Assembly: GCA_030295235.1 (NCBI GenBank)
Contig: AP026123.1
Location: 186,001 to 250,000 of the forward strand
Origin: Fistulifera solaris
Lineage: Eukaryota
Length of the DNA: 64,000 nt
Direction of reading: 5' to 3'
The notes under the pieces are model-generated. The model had not been told where the DNA came from and ran no database searches. It saw only the letters and a list, made by a program, of their open reading frames with translations. This document shows, piece by piece, positions 35,201 to 48,029 of the stretch; the first letter of the stretch is position 1; every line of letters begins with the position of its first letter. Made by a program: the position numbers and the translations under genes.

Positions 35201-38200
35201 AGGCCGCGACTGATTTACGTGAAATTGTTTTGACTGGGTTGAGAGTTTTTGCGCAGTCAGAACCACTGATGATGCGTATTGTTGACGTAACGCTGCCTTA
35301 TTTAAGCAAATTGATTGGATCGGAGGAACCGTCAGGACCATCCAGCGCTGCTAGTCAGATATTGCAATCGCTTGATGTTTTTGAAGATGAAATTGTTTCG
35401 CAGATTGCTGGAAACAATCCGAGTTTATTAGCCGATTGGTTCTGTATCCAGCGTTCTCTCTTGATCCAAGCAATGGCTCGTGCTGAAATACGACGGCTTC
35501 TTGTAAATACCTGGAATCCTTATTTTCATGAAGCAAAAAAACCTGGACTGGCTAATTTGATAAGAGAGACAGGTGACAAGACACGAAGCGAAGACGGACA
35601 CGCTTATGTTGACATGTTTGAATATTTCGCCAATGATGACGACACTTTGGAAGCAAAGGCACTTATTGATTCAGCAGTACCATGACGTGTATGGACAAGA
35701 TGTAGACGGGCTCGGTTCTTTCAAAACCATGTTGCACTCAGACCAATGTGACGAAAGTCTACTGGAATGCCAGATTTATCCGCTTAACAGCAGCAGAACC
35801 GAAAGTCAATGGATTCTGGATCATTTCCAATTTTTAGAAGCACCAATGAATGAAACAAAGGGATCTGTTCCTCTCCTATCGAAGCACGTAAATGAGTTGC
35901 TGGACACGTACTTCCCGTCGGCTTTGCTAAAGGAGCAAATAGTACCCACTCGCGCGCTTCGTCCAAGGTGTTCCTACAATTTTCGGTCATTGATGATGCC
36001 GCAACGGCGTTACTTTTCTTTTCAACGAGAGGCAAAACTTTTGTCCAGAATATGCGATATTGAAAGCGCTTTGGCTAACGACGACAGCATTCATTGGACA
36101 TTGGGATTCACGAATAGTTCGTTTGACGAGGAGTTTGCTGAATCTCTTGTTAATTTTCTATATCTCTGTCCGACCGTCCGCGGTCTCTCTTTTGTAGGGA
36201 TGAAAAATGGGAGAGCATCAAAAACGCGGACAAGGAAACTTATGGAAGCGATGGGAGTTACTTGGTTGCTAGCTTGGCTGGGTCATTGCCTCCGTGGATT
36301 ACTCATTTGACGTTCGTCGACATGCTCACTCAAGAGGATCTGAGTACAATCGTTTCAATACTTGAAAACGTAGGGAGACTTTCTGAATCCCAAGAACCTT
36401 CAACGGAAGTGGGAACACAAGGGAAATTTTTGTTTTTATCCATAAGCAAGTCACAATGCATAGCGCCAGATGTCTGGCAACGATTCTTCGGACTATTTAG
36501 TCGAGCGGGAGTGCCAGTCTCAACAAGGGCTTTTTCTTCCCTCAGATCGTTGGACTTGAGTTTCAACGGCTTAGGGGATGACTTGTGCTCAAAGGTTTTG
36601 GAGTTTACACTGCTAGAGGATTGTTCTCGCTCTCTCGAATGTTTAGATTTGTCAGGAAACAACATCAGAGCTGCACAAAAAGTAATCCGAGTACTCCACA
36701 TCGCAGGCAGGCGAGGGAAGACATTCCTCCGTACACTCAATTTAGCGTCGAACAACTTGAGTAATAACGCTGCATGGCTGGACATAATCGACATATTTAA
36801 GCGCGATGCGTTCAGGCTCGAGGAACTTGATCTGTCTTCTAATGAAATATTCCTTTCCACCTTCGACGAAGCAGGACTTTTTGTCGGGTCCATTCTTTCA
36901 TATAAAACCCTGGTTCGGTTGAACATGTCAAACAATCGGGTTCATCCATCTGCCGTTGACTACATCCTTCGAAGCCTCGCCGACCCAGAGCAATCGAGCA
37001 ACTGCACAATCGGCTTTCTCGAGTTCGAAGACAACGATCCTCCGTTGAGTCCGGAGCAGAATAGTCTCCTCCTAGACTTTTGCGCTCGTTCACGGCGCAC
37101 GCTATTCGAGCGCTGTTTGTCAAAGCGAAACATCCAAGATGTTCCGGATAAAGAAGAAGAGGACGGCGATGAACGAGTGGAACGTGTTGATGATCTTCCA
37201 TACGAGGCATTCCCAGATCAAACGAGCTTAGCACCCGATGAGTCTCAGTTCCAGGACTCGCTGCCAATACCGGTGGAGATTGATAATGTTATCACAGTTC
37301 TTTTCTCTGCACCGTTGGTCTACAGGGACGGACAGAAGCGATTTCAGCCGTTCAAAAAACTAAATTTCGATATGGAGCGTGAGTTGATGTGGCAGTGCTT
37401 GAAGGAGGCGTCTAGAGACATTGAGCTTACTTTCGACAATGCGACCAGCGAGCGGCTTCTGGCAACCATCGCAAAGCGCTGTAGCTGCTTACACTATTCA
37501 GGCCACGGTCACGTTCAATTTCTCCCGTTTGAAAATACAACCGGGGGTGCTGAATGGTTTGCCGTTTCAAAGTTCAAGGAGTTAATCCAGAACGAAAGCT
37601 CGGTACCTTTTCGTTTCGTATTTGTTTCGGCGTGTCATTCAGGCCTAGCTGGTGAAACATTCGCCTCTGCTGGTGTGCCGCATGTCGTATGCTGTCAGCA
37701 AGAGTACGAACTAAAAGATACGGCAGCTTTGGCTTTCACTCGTCAATTTTACTTGGCTCTTGCTGTTGGAAACACAGTCAAGGAATCGTTCGAGCAAGGT
37801 TGTAGAGCCGTACGAGCAACGCCGAATCTCAAAGACGCGGAAAATGAAATGAAGAAGTTTTTGTTACTGCCTCGTGATGGCGATCATGATGTTCCTATTT
37901 TCAATGCCAAGCCAGTTCGCGAGTGGCCCCGTGTTTTAAGCGAAGAGGCCAAACGTTTGCGCCGAAATAGTCGGTACAATAAGAAAGGTTCTCTGCCCTC
38001 TGTCGCTTTGAGAAATCTGGAACTGAACGTAAGAAACTTGATTCAGGATGATCCCTCGCCCACCCCGCCGCAATTTTTCTTGGGACGCGAGGTGGAAATG
38101 TACCACGTGTTGAATCTCGTTTTAAGTAAACGTTTGATTAGTGTTGTGGGAGAGCCAGGAATCGGACGTTCATCTTTAGTCTGTTCTCTCTGTCACTATA

Positions 38201-38877
38201 TCAACGAAAGGCGAAATCTCATTTCTACGTCGATTGAAAAGATTTACTTCGTTAAGGCAAAAAAATTCAAGAAAAAGAGTCGCTTCGTGGCTCTTATCAA
38301 AACCCTTCTGAAGCGATTAGTTGATGAAGGCAAGGTACAAGAAGTTGCAGACGAAGATGACAAAGAAACTGTAATAGAAGCTATTTGCGGAGGATTAAAG
38401 AAGATGAAAGCGCTGCTAGTATTTGATCGCGTCGACCTTTTGGATGACACCGACGACTTGACGGAATTTCCCATGCTTTTGAGTGAATTGATTCGCGAAA
38501 CGAAGGACGTAAAAATTCTTCTGACAAATCTTCGACCGCTTGGAATTCCAGCTCTGGGCGAACAACATTTTAGCCTGGGACCACTCAACTTTGAAAATAC
38601 TGTGAGACTTTTCGCTCACCTTTGTCCTAATGTTCACCGTCCTGGAGACAGACAGAAACTAATCGATTGCCTTGTAACAAGCAAAGAAGTGGGTCAGCTT
38701 TTACCCGGTCCTGATATTCCAGAACCCGTCAAGTATCTATTTGACATGCTCGGACGGGGAATACCGTCACGGATCGAAAATGCTGCTTTTGTTTACACAA
38801 AGATATTGTCGACAGACTCCGAGATGGCAGCTTTCGTGATGACCTGTAGGTACTCGGCTTGTCAGGGACTCCGATGA
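32212..38877 (+). CDS. Very large multidomain protein: UIM, GAT-like, ARM repeats, LRRs, CHAT (caspase-like) protease, STAND-type P-loop NTPase; intron 34455-34522; indels near 34530, 35657, 36205 and possibly 38790
   Basis: Four contiguous same-strand ORFs join via one GT-AG intron and single-base homopolymer corrections; EEELIEAAIKASERE, LRSLDLSFNGLGD, LHYSGHG, FVFVSACHSG, GEPGIGRSS, LLVFDRVD. Confidence 0.8.
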
Positions 38878-39657
38878 CTTCGTCGGTATACCAAACTGGT
38901 TATTTTTACAATGGAATTAATGGTTGCTGTCTTAGAATCGATGCTTCTTTATAATGGAGGTGGCACATTGTAGAGGAACTGGATGTAGACTTCGAAACTA
39001 ACATCCGCTGTGATGGTTAGGGCGCGCTCGCTCCATCTACCTGTAGTTTGACTAGCTTGCACGCCAATTCGTAACTTTAACTATCATTTTCGCTGACTAG
39101 CCATTTTCGAAAGCGTTAGCTTTACTAGCTTAAACACTACAACGCATGGTCAGGACGTTTCCCACGACTACATTTCAGTCATGAGTATTTTTCCGAGCCA
39201 CACTGCTACCTAAGCTTCGCTCATTCTGCAGCCTTGTCGACTTATATTTGTTCCTATTACGGTGCAGTTGCCTTGAATGATAACTGCTTTATTTGCCCTC
39301 GATTCCGTGCGTCGAATGCTTGCGGATCTTCCTTTTCAATTGTTACTCTAGAGGTCGAAAGTGTTGTCCGTTTTTCGCCACGACTGCATTCCAGTCATGA
39401 TTTCCCACTGAAAGGCTCACAGTGAAAATTGGATGGAGCTTTTGTGATGATGCGGCGCTCAGCACCGAATGAATGAATAATTTTTTTTACTTATTACATA
39501 TCAACCATGATGGCACTGAGCAACGCTTTGTGTCAGTTATAAACAAGTTGTTACTACAAACTTTGTTGACTTGGATATCTTGATATCACGTGTAATTTCA
39601 TCTGTGTTCGCTTTCTCGAATAGCTTTGACACTAGGAAACAACAAATAGGCCGTTGC

Positions 39658-40800
39658 ATGCAGCAACAACAGTTCTTGAGAGCCATGAAACTTCGACAAA
39701 CGGTTACTGCGGCTTTCGTTGCCAGAGCCACTCGAAGAATACACAATCAAGTTTCGTCGTTGTCTTCTACCGCAAATAGTAATGAATTTGCTACGTCTTA
39801 TCACGCGCCAGTCATGTGGAAAGAATGCGTCGACGCACTCTTGGAAGGGAGAGAGGAACGACGACGGGGTTTGACCTTGCTGGATGGTACTTTGGGCGGT
39901 GGAGGACATTCCGAGGCCATATTACAACGCCTTACAGCGGGTGACGTACTATTCGGCTGTGATGTCGATCCAGAAGCCCTCAAGACTGCGACAAGACGAC
40001 TCGAAAGATTTTTACCCGGCAATACTTCCGACGGACCTTTCTTCGTTCCCGTGCAGTCAAATTTTGGAAATCTTGTTGAGACCCTCACAAAAACAATACA
40101 CCCTATTTCGAATGAGCCAGTCGTAGAGCCCTCACTGGATGGAATTTTGTTAGATCTGGGAGTTAGTTCACATCAGATTGACTGCGCGGAACGAGGATTC
40201 TCCTTTCAGCAACAAGGGCCATTAGATATGCGAATGTCGGGCGTCGGCATGACTGCAGCAGACCTATGCAACGAGTTAGATGTATTTGAGCTGAAACGCA
40301 TCTTGAAAGAATACGGCGATGAACCACGCGCAGCAAAGATAGCGGATTCAATTGTTCGGTGTCGACCTCTTGCGACAACATCTGATTTAGTTGAGGCAGT
40401 CGCCGCTGTTACACCGGAGTATGCGAAGAAAGGACGGCGTATGGGTCGGACAGCTACATTGGCGCGTGTCTTTCAAAGCCTTCGCATTGTTGTGAACCAG
40501 GAGTATCAAGTTTTGGAGAATGTATTGACAAAGGTAGCGCCGACTCTGCTGCGCAGTGGGGGAAGACTGGTTGTTTTGAGCTATCATTCTATGGAGGATA
40601 GGGCAACGAAGAGAGCTATGCGTGATGGTACATTAGAGAGAACACAGCGTGATGAACGAGACATGTATGGAAATACCATTGGACCTCCTCGCCCGTTTCG
40701 TACCTTAGGAAAGAAACGGAAGGCTACTTTGGAAGAAGTTGAAGTGAATCCGAGAGCACGAAGCGCAACACTAAGGGTGGCAGAGAAATTAGAGAAATAG
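39658..40800 (+). CDS. rsmH: 16S rRNA m4C methyltransferase RsmH/MraW (organellar); start uncertain
   Basis: HAPVM, DGTLGGGGHS, LLDLGVSSHQID, GPLDMRM, FQSLRIVVNQE, SYHSMEDR, NPRARSATLR. Confidence 0.96.
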   Translation: MQQQQFLRAMKLRQTVTAAFVARATRRIHNQVSSLSSTANSNEFATSYHAPVMWKECVDALLEGREERRRGLTLLDGTLGGGGHSEAILQRLTAGDVLFGCDVDPEALKTATRRLERFLPGNTSDGPFFVPVQSNFGNLVETLTKTIHPISNEPVVEPSLDGILLDLGVSSHQIDCAERGFSFQQQGPLDMRMSGVGMTAADLCNELDVFELKRILKEYGDEPRAAKIADSIVRCRPLATTSDLVEAVAAVTPEYAKKGRRMGRTATLARVFQSLRIVVNQEYQVLENVLTKVAPTLLRSGGRLVVLSYHSMEDRATKRAMRDGTLERTQRDERDMYGNTIGPPRPFRTLGKKRKATLEEVEVNPRARSATLRVAEKLEK

Positions 40801-40917
40801 ATTATAAAGTGCACTATAATCAGCTGTTAAATTGTACTGCATGAGTCACAGCTGATCACTATTCAGAGTGCATGTAATATCGGAATCGTATCGCATCTTG
40901 ATTGCAAAATAATGCGA

Positions 40918-42539
40918 TTACTTCAACGTAGGACGAGGGGCGCGAGAAACTTGAAGCACAGTATCACCCATCTGGACCTTGTTCCCATCGAACAGAGCAA
41001 AGTCTGCGGTGGCTTTGACAGTACCGTTGATTTTGGTGTTGCCCTTGGACAAGTCCCAAATCTGAATGAGTAGCTTTTTCTTCGAAAGCGAAAGCTTGAT
41101 ATGAGCATGATTGGCTAAAACAGATTTGTCTTTCGACAACGCGAGAGGAAGATGACCTTTTTCGACGGTTTGCTACCAATGCAATAGCGCTCTTGAGCGC
41201 CCTCCTGCACAACCCACTTTTCGCCCTTGTGGGGCCCTTCGATTGCCGTCAGTGTCGCTGCTTCATAGCGACGATCCTCCATGAGAGTTGGGGCATTGCT
41301 GCCCTGAGGATCGACATTTTCGGTAGCATTCCACACTTCATCTACTTCCATCGGGTCTGCTGCGCGTTCATCGCTTGGTACAGGATCGCGAACGGAGGAC
41401 ATGCGACGACGCGGGCTGCTTCTGGTAGCCCCGGCAGGGCTCTGCTGCGCCGATTTTCGCTTCTGAACCGGAAGTCGAACAACAAGCTGACCCAGCTTCT
41501 TCTCGAACAGATCATAGTTGGGTTTTGTTGCGTATTCGCAACGGCGACACTCGTCCCACAACTCTTGAAACAACGAAGCCATGTCGGACGGCATGCGATT
41601 GTAGAACTCGGATGATTTGTTCGTCAAATTCTGCTTCTTCTGCTGGAAAATATCGGCATCGGATTTGCCGTTGCTCCATGGCAGAAAAGATCCGGATTTG
41701 TACCAGAGCGCCTTAGGGTCGGTATGTGTAGCATAAACGACAATGACAAGTTCAGCCAGCAAGTAGAGCAGCGATTCAATATCATCTCGACGACTAATAG
41801 TCTGCAGTTCATGAGCATTGATGCTAGCATATAACGGTGTTCCGCGCAAAGAAGTCATCCCCTCATTGGCGCCATGCTTGCCATTCGAGTCCATGATATC
41901 TTTCAATAAAGCAAGATCCACCATTCGCAAGCGTTCCGCCACCGATCCTTCTCCTTTCGCCACCATGAAATTGTCGGCTTTTACATCCGTAATGAGCTTA
42001 TAAGCATCGTGAAATGTTTTGCAGATATACAGCATGCGCTGTGCCACAGCACTCAAGTCGACAGAATTCGATGCGACGGGAAGCGTCTTGACTGCTTCAA
42101 TCAAGGTCATCTCCATGCGTTCCATGACAATGAAAAGATACCCAGCTTGGACAAAATGTGAGAAAGCACGACAAAGAAACGACACAATACTTTCAAAGCC
42201 TCTTTCCACGCACCTTCCGCATCATTTTTGTATGCTTCCAGGGTCTTGGTGTCACCCGACGGCTTGGGAAGACGCGGAATGATCTCCCCCTTGAAGCCGC
42301 GCGAAGGTAGATTGATACAAGAGTCGCTCATATTAAAGAGCACGTTCATTCGCTTCACTGACTGATTGACGTGATTTGGTCGCCTTCGCAATCGCTGTGA
42401 TCTTGGCGCACCACTCGCTGTCCTCCCCATTCTCCTTCTTGAGAGAGTAAATGAAGCCCTGTGCCCCTTCGCCGAGCTTCGTTCCGAGTACGTGGCGACC
42501 TCTGCGATCAAATTTGATTTTCTTTAGTTGCGCAGACAT
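40918..42539 (-). CDS. CK1/VRK-like protein kinase with C-terminal FHA-like domain; intron ~42152-42213; apparent errors near 42333, 42288 and 41160
   Basis: LGEGAQG, WCAK, DVKADNF, RGTPLYASINAH..SRRDDIESL (CK1 group); LTAIEGPHKG..HAHI..DLSKGNTKING (FHA-like). Confidence 0.8.
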
Positions 42540-42954
42540 GTTTGTTGTACGAATCACCTTGTATTGCTTGCTACTGCACAAAGAATGAATACAATGAAGA
42601 CGCTTCCCACGAAAGAAAAAGCGTCAAGTGAAGCAAGGCGGACGTCTTGTTTTGCAGCTCTGGCGATATCCGTTGGTAGTGAGAAGAGGTTTTTACTATT
42701 TATAAAGATGCGCGGGATATTCCCTTTCCTTATATATAAAACGACATAATGGAAGGGTGCGCGTACAGGAGCTTCATGTCAAATTTGATCACGGAACGAC
42801 GTCGCATCGGCGAAAGATACTAATGGGTCTGACCACCGACCGTGACATCGGTGGTCCACGAAACTTTTCGCGTCCATAAGGTTTATTTTATTTTTCACAG
42901 TTATACCAGGTACTCCGGCATTAGGCAAGAGGAACATTCGATAGAAACACGCTC

Positions 42955-44064
42955 ATGTCTCCAAATACAACATTAGAACAACAACTTCCCGTGCTATCCG
43001 AAGATGTCTCTTCCTGGAAAGGCGCGAGCGTGCTGAGCGTCACACAAATGACACCCGGAGGACTGTCTTTGGTCTTTGAAATTGCCCATCAAATGCGCGT
43101 GATGGTGCAAACACAAGGCGCCGACACACGCTGTCAAGGGAAATTACTCGCTACAGTCTTCTACGAAGCATCGACTCGTACTGCATGTAGCTTTCAAGCT
43201 GCAATGATGCGATTGGGTGGGAATTTTTGCACGTCGATGGAGAGGGAGGAAACTCGTCTGCGGCGAAGAAAGGAGAATCCTTGACAGATACAGTTCGCTG
43301 TCTCGAATGTTATACCGATGTCACAGTTCTACGACATTACAATCAAGGCAGCGTCGGTACTGTCATTGAAGCAGCGACAAAGCCTGTTATAAATGCAGGT
43401 GATGGTGTCGGAGAACATCCGACGCAAGCATTGTTGGATGTATTTACGATTTACGATGAATTGAAGTTACCGCTATCATCAAATGCGACCGAAAATTCCA
43501 AGCCATTGACAATCGTTTTGTTGGGGGATCTGAAACACGGACGAACCGTGCATTCCTTGGCCAAATTGTTGGCGAAATCGCACACAGCAGGCGTAACTTT
43601 GCGTTATTGTGCGCCGGCTGGTCTAGAACTGCCCGAAGAGATTCAAGAATATGTTGCGCAATTTGATCATGTCACCCAGGAAACAATGACCGATTTACGA
43701 GAGGCTTGTCAGCAAGCTAACATTTTGTATGTCACGCGTGTACAACGGGAACGATTTGAATCGGACGAGGCTTACCAAGCGGTCAAGGTACGACATACTT
43801 TACAGGTGATATTTGCGCTTCAATTCCTCATCTAACACTGATTGTCCGACTGTTTGTCCGCAAATCTGATAGGGATCATATGTAGTGGATGCAGAACTGA
43901 TGCAACAGGTGCCTTCGGATATGATCGTATTGCATCCGCTGCCACGTATCGACGAAATTGACCCAGCCGTCGATTCCGATCCACGTGCTGCTTACTTTAG
44001 GGAAATGGAAAACGGCATGTACGTTCGCATGGCTTTGCTTGCGTTGGTTTTGGGGAAAGTGTAA
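42955..44064 (+). CDS. pyrB: Aspartate carbamoyltransferase (stand-alone); extra T at ~43224-43228; intron 43788-43872
   Basis: [47 protein letters not shown], spliced [26 protein letters not shown]. Confidence 0.95.
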
Positions 44065-44528
44065 CAATTTTCGGGTTAAAACTATAATTGACATCACTCT
44101 GCTACGCTCGATCGATACCAGTACAGCATTTGCAATGTTCAAATTTGCTCCCTCGACGCAATTTCTCCTGCACGCACAATAGTGTCACTATCAGTTCATT
44201 ATTAAATTTGCACAATGCGATGTAGCGTTAAGAATCGGGACTGGCTAGTATTATTGCGTCGAATACGACATTGGAGAGCGTCGCTCTCTCCTACATTTAC
44301 GTCGATCGCAGAATTGGAAGTAAAAAAAACCTTTTATGACAACTTTGATTTAATTTGATAGCTCGCATCCTGTATCGAATCAACCGATAACAGTTGCTAT
44401 TAGTATTTGCAGCATTTGCACAGTTAGACCGTTTCCAGTTGTTAGAAGCCTGACATGAACGAGCAGTTATACTACTACATCGTCGCGCAGACCGGCGCAT
44501 CCCTTTACGAAGCTAGAGATAGAGCAAC

Positions 44529-46874
44529 CTAATTCGAAGGAATGTGTCTTATACGCAAGACCTGATCGCGGTTCAGTGGCATACAAAACATGGCCCCATC
44601 TGCACCCATTACACCGCCTTCCCAATGATTTAGCCCAGGAAACGGACCACCAACGACCGAGACTTCTGGTTCGGAACCATCACCACGAGTTCGTATCCTG
44701 CAAGGGAAGTGGCATTGTCGAGCCTTATGAGCATACCGCGTGTACTCATGGTATATATTATTTACTGCACTCACCTTAGCACCGAGTTTCCCTTGAGTGG
44801 AATGCCATAAATTGTCCCATCACTTGCTGTGAATCCGTTCTGCCATTTGTTGTTATGACTCTTCTCGATATCGCGCAAATTAGGACCCACTTCGCGACAA
44901 GTATCCGTTGAAGGCTGCGAGAAAAACGAACCGCTAGTCATTAGTCATTACGAGAGCACTTCTGTTGTCTATCCCAAAGAAGAAATAAAATACTACACTT
45001 ACATCTACCTGAAGTACAAAGTCGCTATCCGACGGGAAGAAGTATACTTTGCCATCTGCACCAACAGCTCCACCCAAGTATTTGTATTTGCCGTCCGTCC
45101 GGTGCGATCCCGATCGCAGGACGCCGCCGATCGTGTGTATTTTCGGTTGTAAACCTGGAATCACTTTGAGAACGCGATCCGCTGTCACGATGAAGATAAT
45201 GTAAGCAAAGACGAACACAAAGGATTCGCAGCCATTAGCGACCCAACGTACCATGAGAAGGAATGCCATAAATGACTCCATTTGGAGCTACTACACCACC
45301 GTGCCATTTGTAACCTCCCGTCGGGAAGTCGCCGTGCAGTGAACAAGTTTGATCGGACGGATCTATTTTCAACACCGACGAATGACATTGATGAATAGCA
45401 TATATTGCACCATCGTTGCGCCCCAACAAGCCACCATACCACTTGTTCCGTCCGGGAAACGGCCCTCCCAAGAAGGAAACTTGTTCTGTTACAGGATCAA
45501 ACTTTAACACCGATTCCGCTCGTTGAGGTATACAATACAAACAACCGTCGATGGGTGAAATTTGCCCCCGTGCCATTTCCATTGCAAATTGGGATCTGGT
45601 GCGAGAGGATCGCTGTGATCCCATGTCAAGGTCGAAATCGATTCCGTGTGCGGATCAATGCGCAACAACGAAGAAGCGTGACATGGAATCCCAATAATGA
45701 TTCCTGATGGAAATTGTACGGAACGCAACCATTTGTATTTGCCTTGAAATTCCGGACCGATGAGTGTCAAGATCGGAGGTTCCACCGTCGGATCGATGCA
45801 CAAGACTTGTGTGGCGTGCCCGGGAATGACATATATTTTCCCATTTTGACCCGATTCTCCTCCCAGATACTTTTCGGCTCCCCGCAGCGGCGGATAACAG
45901 GACAAGAGAGCCAAATTTGTATGTTCATCGTGATAATGACGCAAGTCGGTTTCTGGTGAAACGACTAGTGGTTCAGAAGTCCTTTGATTCTTCTTTTTCT
46001 GGTGAGATTTGCCATTTTGATAGTTCTGCGCCACGCGCCGACTCCACTGTTCAAACGTCATGATCGAGGAATGTTTCTCATTAATCTGTTGCAACAGCGG
46101 AGAAGGCGGTACATGCAGTCGCGCGGTCAGAACGGGCCGTAGAAACAACGTCGCCGCCATTCGTTCCCCCGGTTGTTGTAAAACGCGATGACGACAGGCG
46201 GGAAAGTATTGACCGGTGATTTGGGAAAGGACGGAACCGATCATGACAATGGCCACTGCATGTCCCGATTGTAGTACCGAAACCCATTTTGATAAGGCAG
46301 AATTTCGATACTCGAGTCCATAACCTCCCTCTTGTACATCTGTGCGATCATGTATGACGATGGATATCAACGACGGATCAGTATGAGCAGGCAACCAGTG
46401 AGATTGTTTCTGTGATGGATCCTCATTTGTTGCGACAAATCGTTTCAAATGCCATTGACTACAGTGACGTGTGGGTCCCATAGTCGTTTCAAACCAATTC
46501 AGAGGTAAATGTAAATGTTGTTCCATGGCTCGTAGCACACTTTGCGCGACCAGATGTAATAAATCTTCCAATGGACGTGTCGTTACTGCGAAATCCGAAC
46601 TATGATCAATCGAGTTCATTCTTCCCTCATCGGACCACACAAAGCCTTCTCGAAACAAATTATAGCGACTCATACTTCCTCCAGCTGGATGATATCCTGT
46701 GACATGAGCCGAATCGGCATCGTGCGGAATGAGAGGAAGATTGTGCGGATTTTGGAAGGTTTGTTGCGCGGAGGAAAATGCTTTGGCTGGAATCGAAGCG
46801 GAGGAAGGAATATCAATGAGACTCAAACCGACATCGCGGAGCTCTTGTATTGTTCCTTCGTCAACAGTTATCAT
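44529..46874 (-). CDS. 2OG-Fe(II) dioxygenase fused to a beta-propeller-like repeat region; three introns and a frameshift near 45565
   Basis: AHTDPSLIS..ACRHRV..RMAATLF; repeats KYLGG/KWHGG/KWYGG..G.IY.IP..A..VL.IDP continue through ORFs 45235, 45185, 44934 and 44529. Confidence 0.8.
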
Positions 46875-47029
46875 CGTTATGATAAAGTGGTCTTGAATTT
46901 TACAGGACTTGACATAAAATAAAAAATATGCTGAGATCTTAGATCTTTCCATCATCATTCTTTTCTTGGCTGTTGCCGTTCATGACTTGAATAATCATCA
47001 GTCGCGGTTCTGTATCTGGACTCATCATA

Positions 47030-47201
47030 CAGAAAATCTGCTTATTGTCCAGAAATTCTGTAATTCATTTTCATCCTTCAGAAATTCTGCTAGTCTTCCA
47101 GAAATTCTGGACAAGGAGTATTTCTTGTAACCCTTAACCTTACAGATATTCTATGTACGCCTTACGTTCCACAAATTCAGGACTGAGTTCCAGAAATTCT
47201 G
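47030..47201. promoter_or_regulatory. Cluster of (C)CAGAAATTCTG near-palindromes in a divergent intergenic region
   Basis: Copies at 47049, 47079, 47098 and 47190, degenerate at 47030 and 47169; function inferred only. Confidence 0.5.
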
Positions 47202-47283
47202 ATTACGGATAGGGAAAAACAAAAAAGTAAAGCAAAAATTTTGCTTGATGTTCATTCTTGATCATATCATCCACAACAACAGC

Positions 47284-47835
47284 ATGCCGACGAGGCTATC
47301 CATTCTCACAACAAATCTTATCCTTTCTGTCTTGATTTACATGACACAAGCCTTTTCGTCACCAAAGCTGATATACAATATCCCCGGATCCGGTTGGACA
47401 TCACCACAGTGGAATTGGGGTTACGCGGTCGGCACTGGGCACGACTGTGCCCGCATTTGCCGTCAGCAGTACGCGACACGAGCCGCTCGTGTGGCTTTGC
47501 TACAAAATATTGCAACAAAACCAGAGAATTTCGAAGAAATTAAGCTAGTATTGGCACTGGCATGGCAAAAAGGTCGTTGGGATGGGACGGATGGTGGTCA
47601 AGGAGGATATGGACAAGTATTGGAAGCACTCGCGGCCGCCAATCGGTACGAATCAAGCAACAATTTACAGTTATTCTTTCTTGATATGCAAGAGAGATTT
47701 CATTTGCTAAAGCCTTCAGTCGACTTGCAGAAGAAAATGAATGCTTTGTCGGAGATGGAAAATGTAGAAGTGGCTGCACGACAATGCAGCGCCCTGGTTT
47801 TGGAGGCTATGGGGTTCGTTGAAACTGGTTTGTAA
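47284..47835 (+). CDS. Hypothetical protein with plastid-type leader
   Basis: Signal ending TQA-FSS; WTSPQWNWGYAVGTGHDCA and GRWDGTDGG look like constrained motifs. Confidence 0.75.
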   Translation: MPTRLSILTTNLILSVLIYMTQAFSSPKLIYNIPGSGWTSPQWNWGYAVGTGHDCARICRQQYATRAARVALLQNIATKPENFEEIKLVLALAWQKGRWDGTDGGQGGYGQVLEALAAANRYESSNNLQLFFLDMQERFHLLKPSVDLQKKMNALSEMENVEVAARQCSALVLEAMGFVETGL

Positions 47836-48029
47836 GCCATTATATCCAGGAGGTCAAATTTTACAAAGTAATAGCTAAAACACTAGTTTTAGCGAACCGC
47901 CGGTCTATTTATTGTGCTCTCGATCATCGTCAAAAGCAGCAACACCCGTCTATACGACCGTGTACAAAGAACTATATCAATCAAAAACAGATGTCAATTC
48001 CGGGCTATGCGGGCATTATACAAGCTTGT

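Noticed and set aside
47128..47140. Telomere-like AACCCTTAACCTT
   Set aside because: Only two imperfect units; not a telomeric tract
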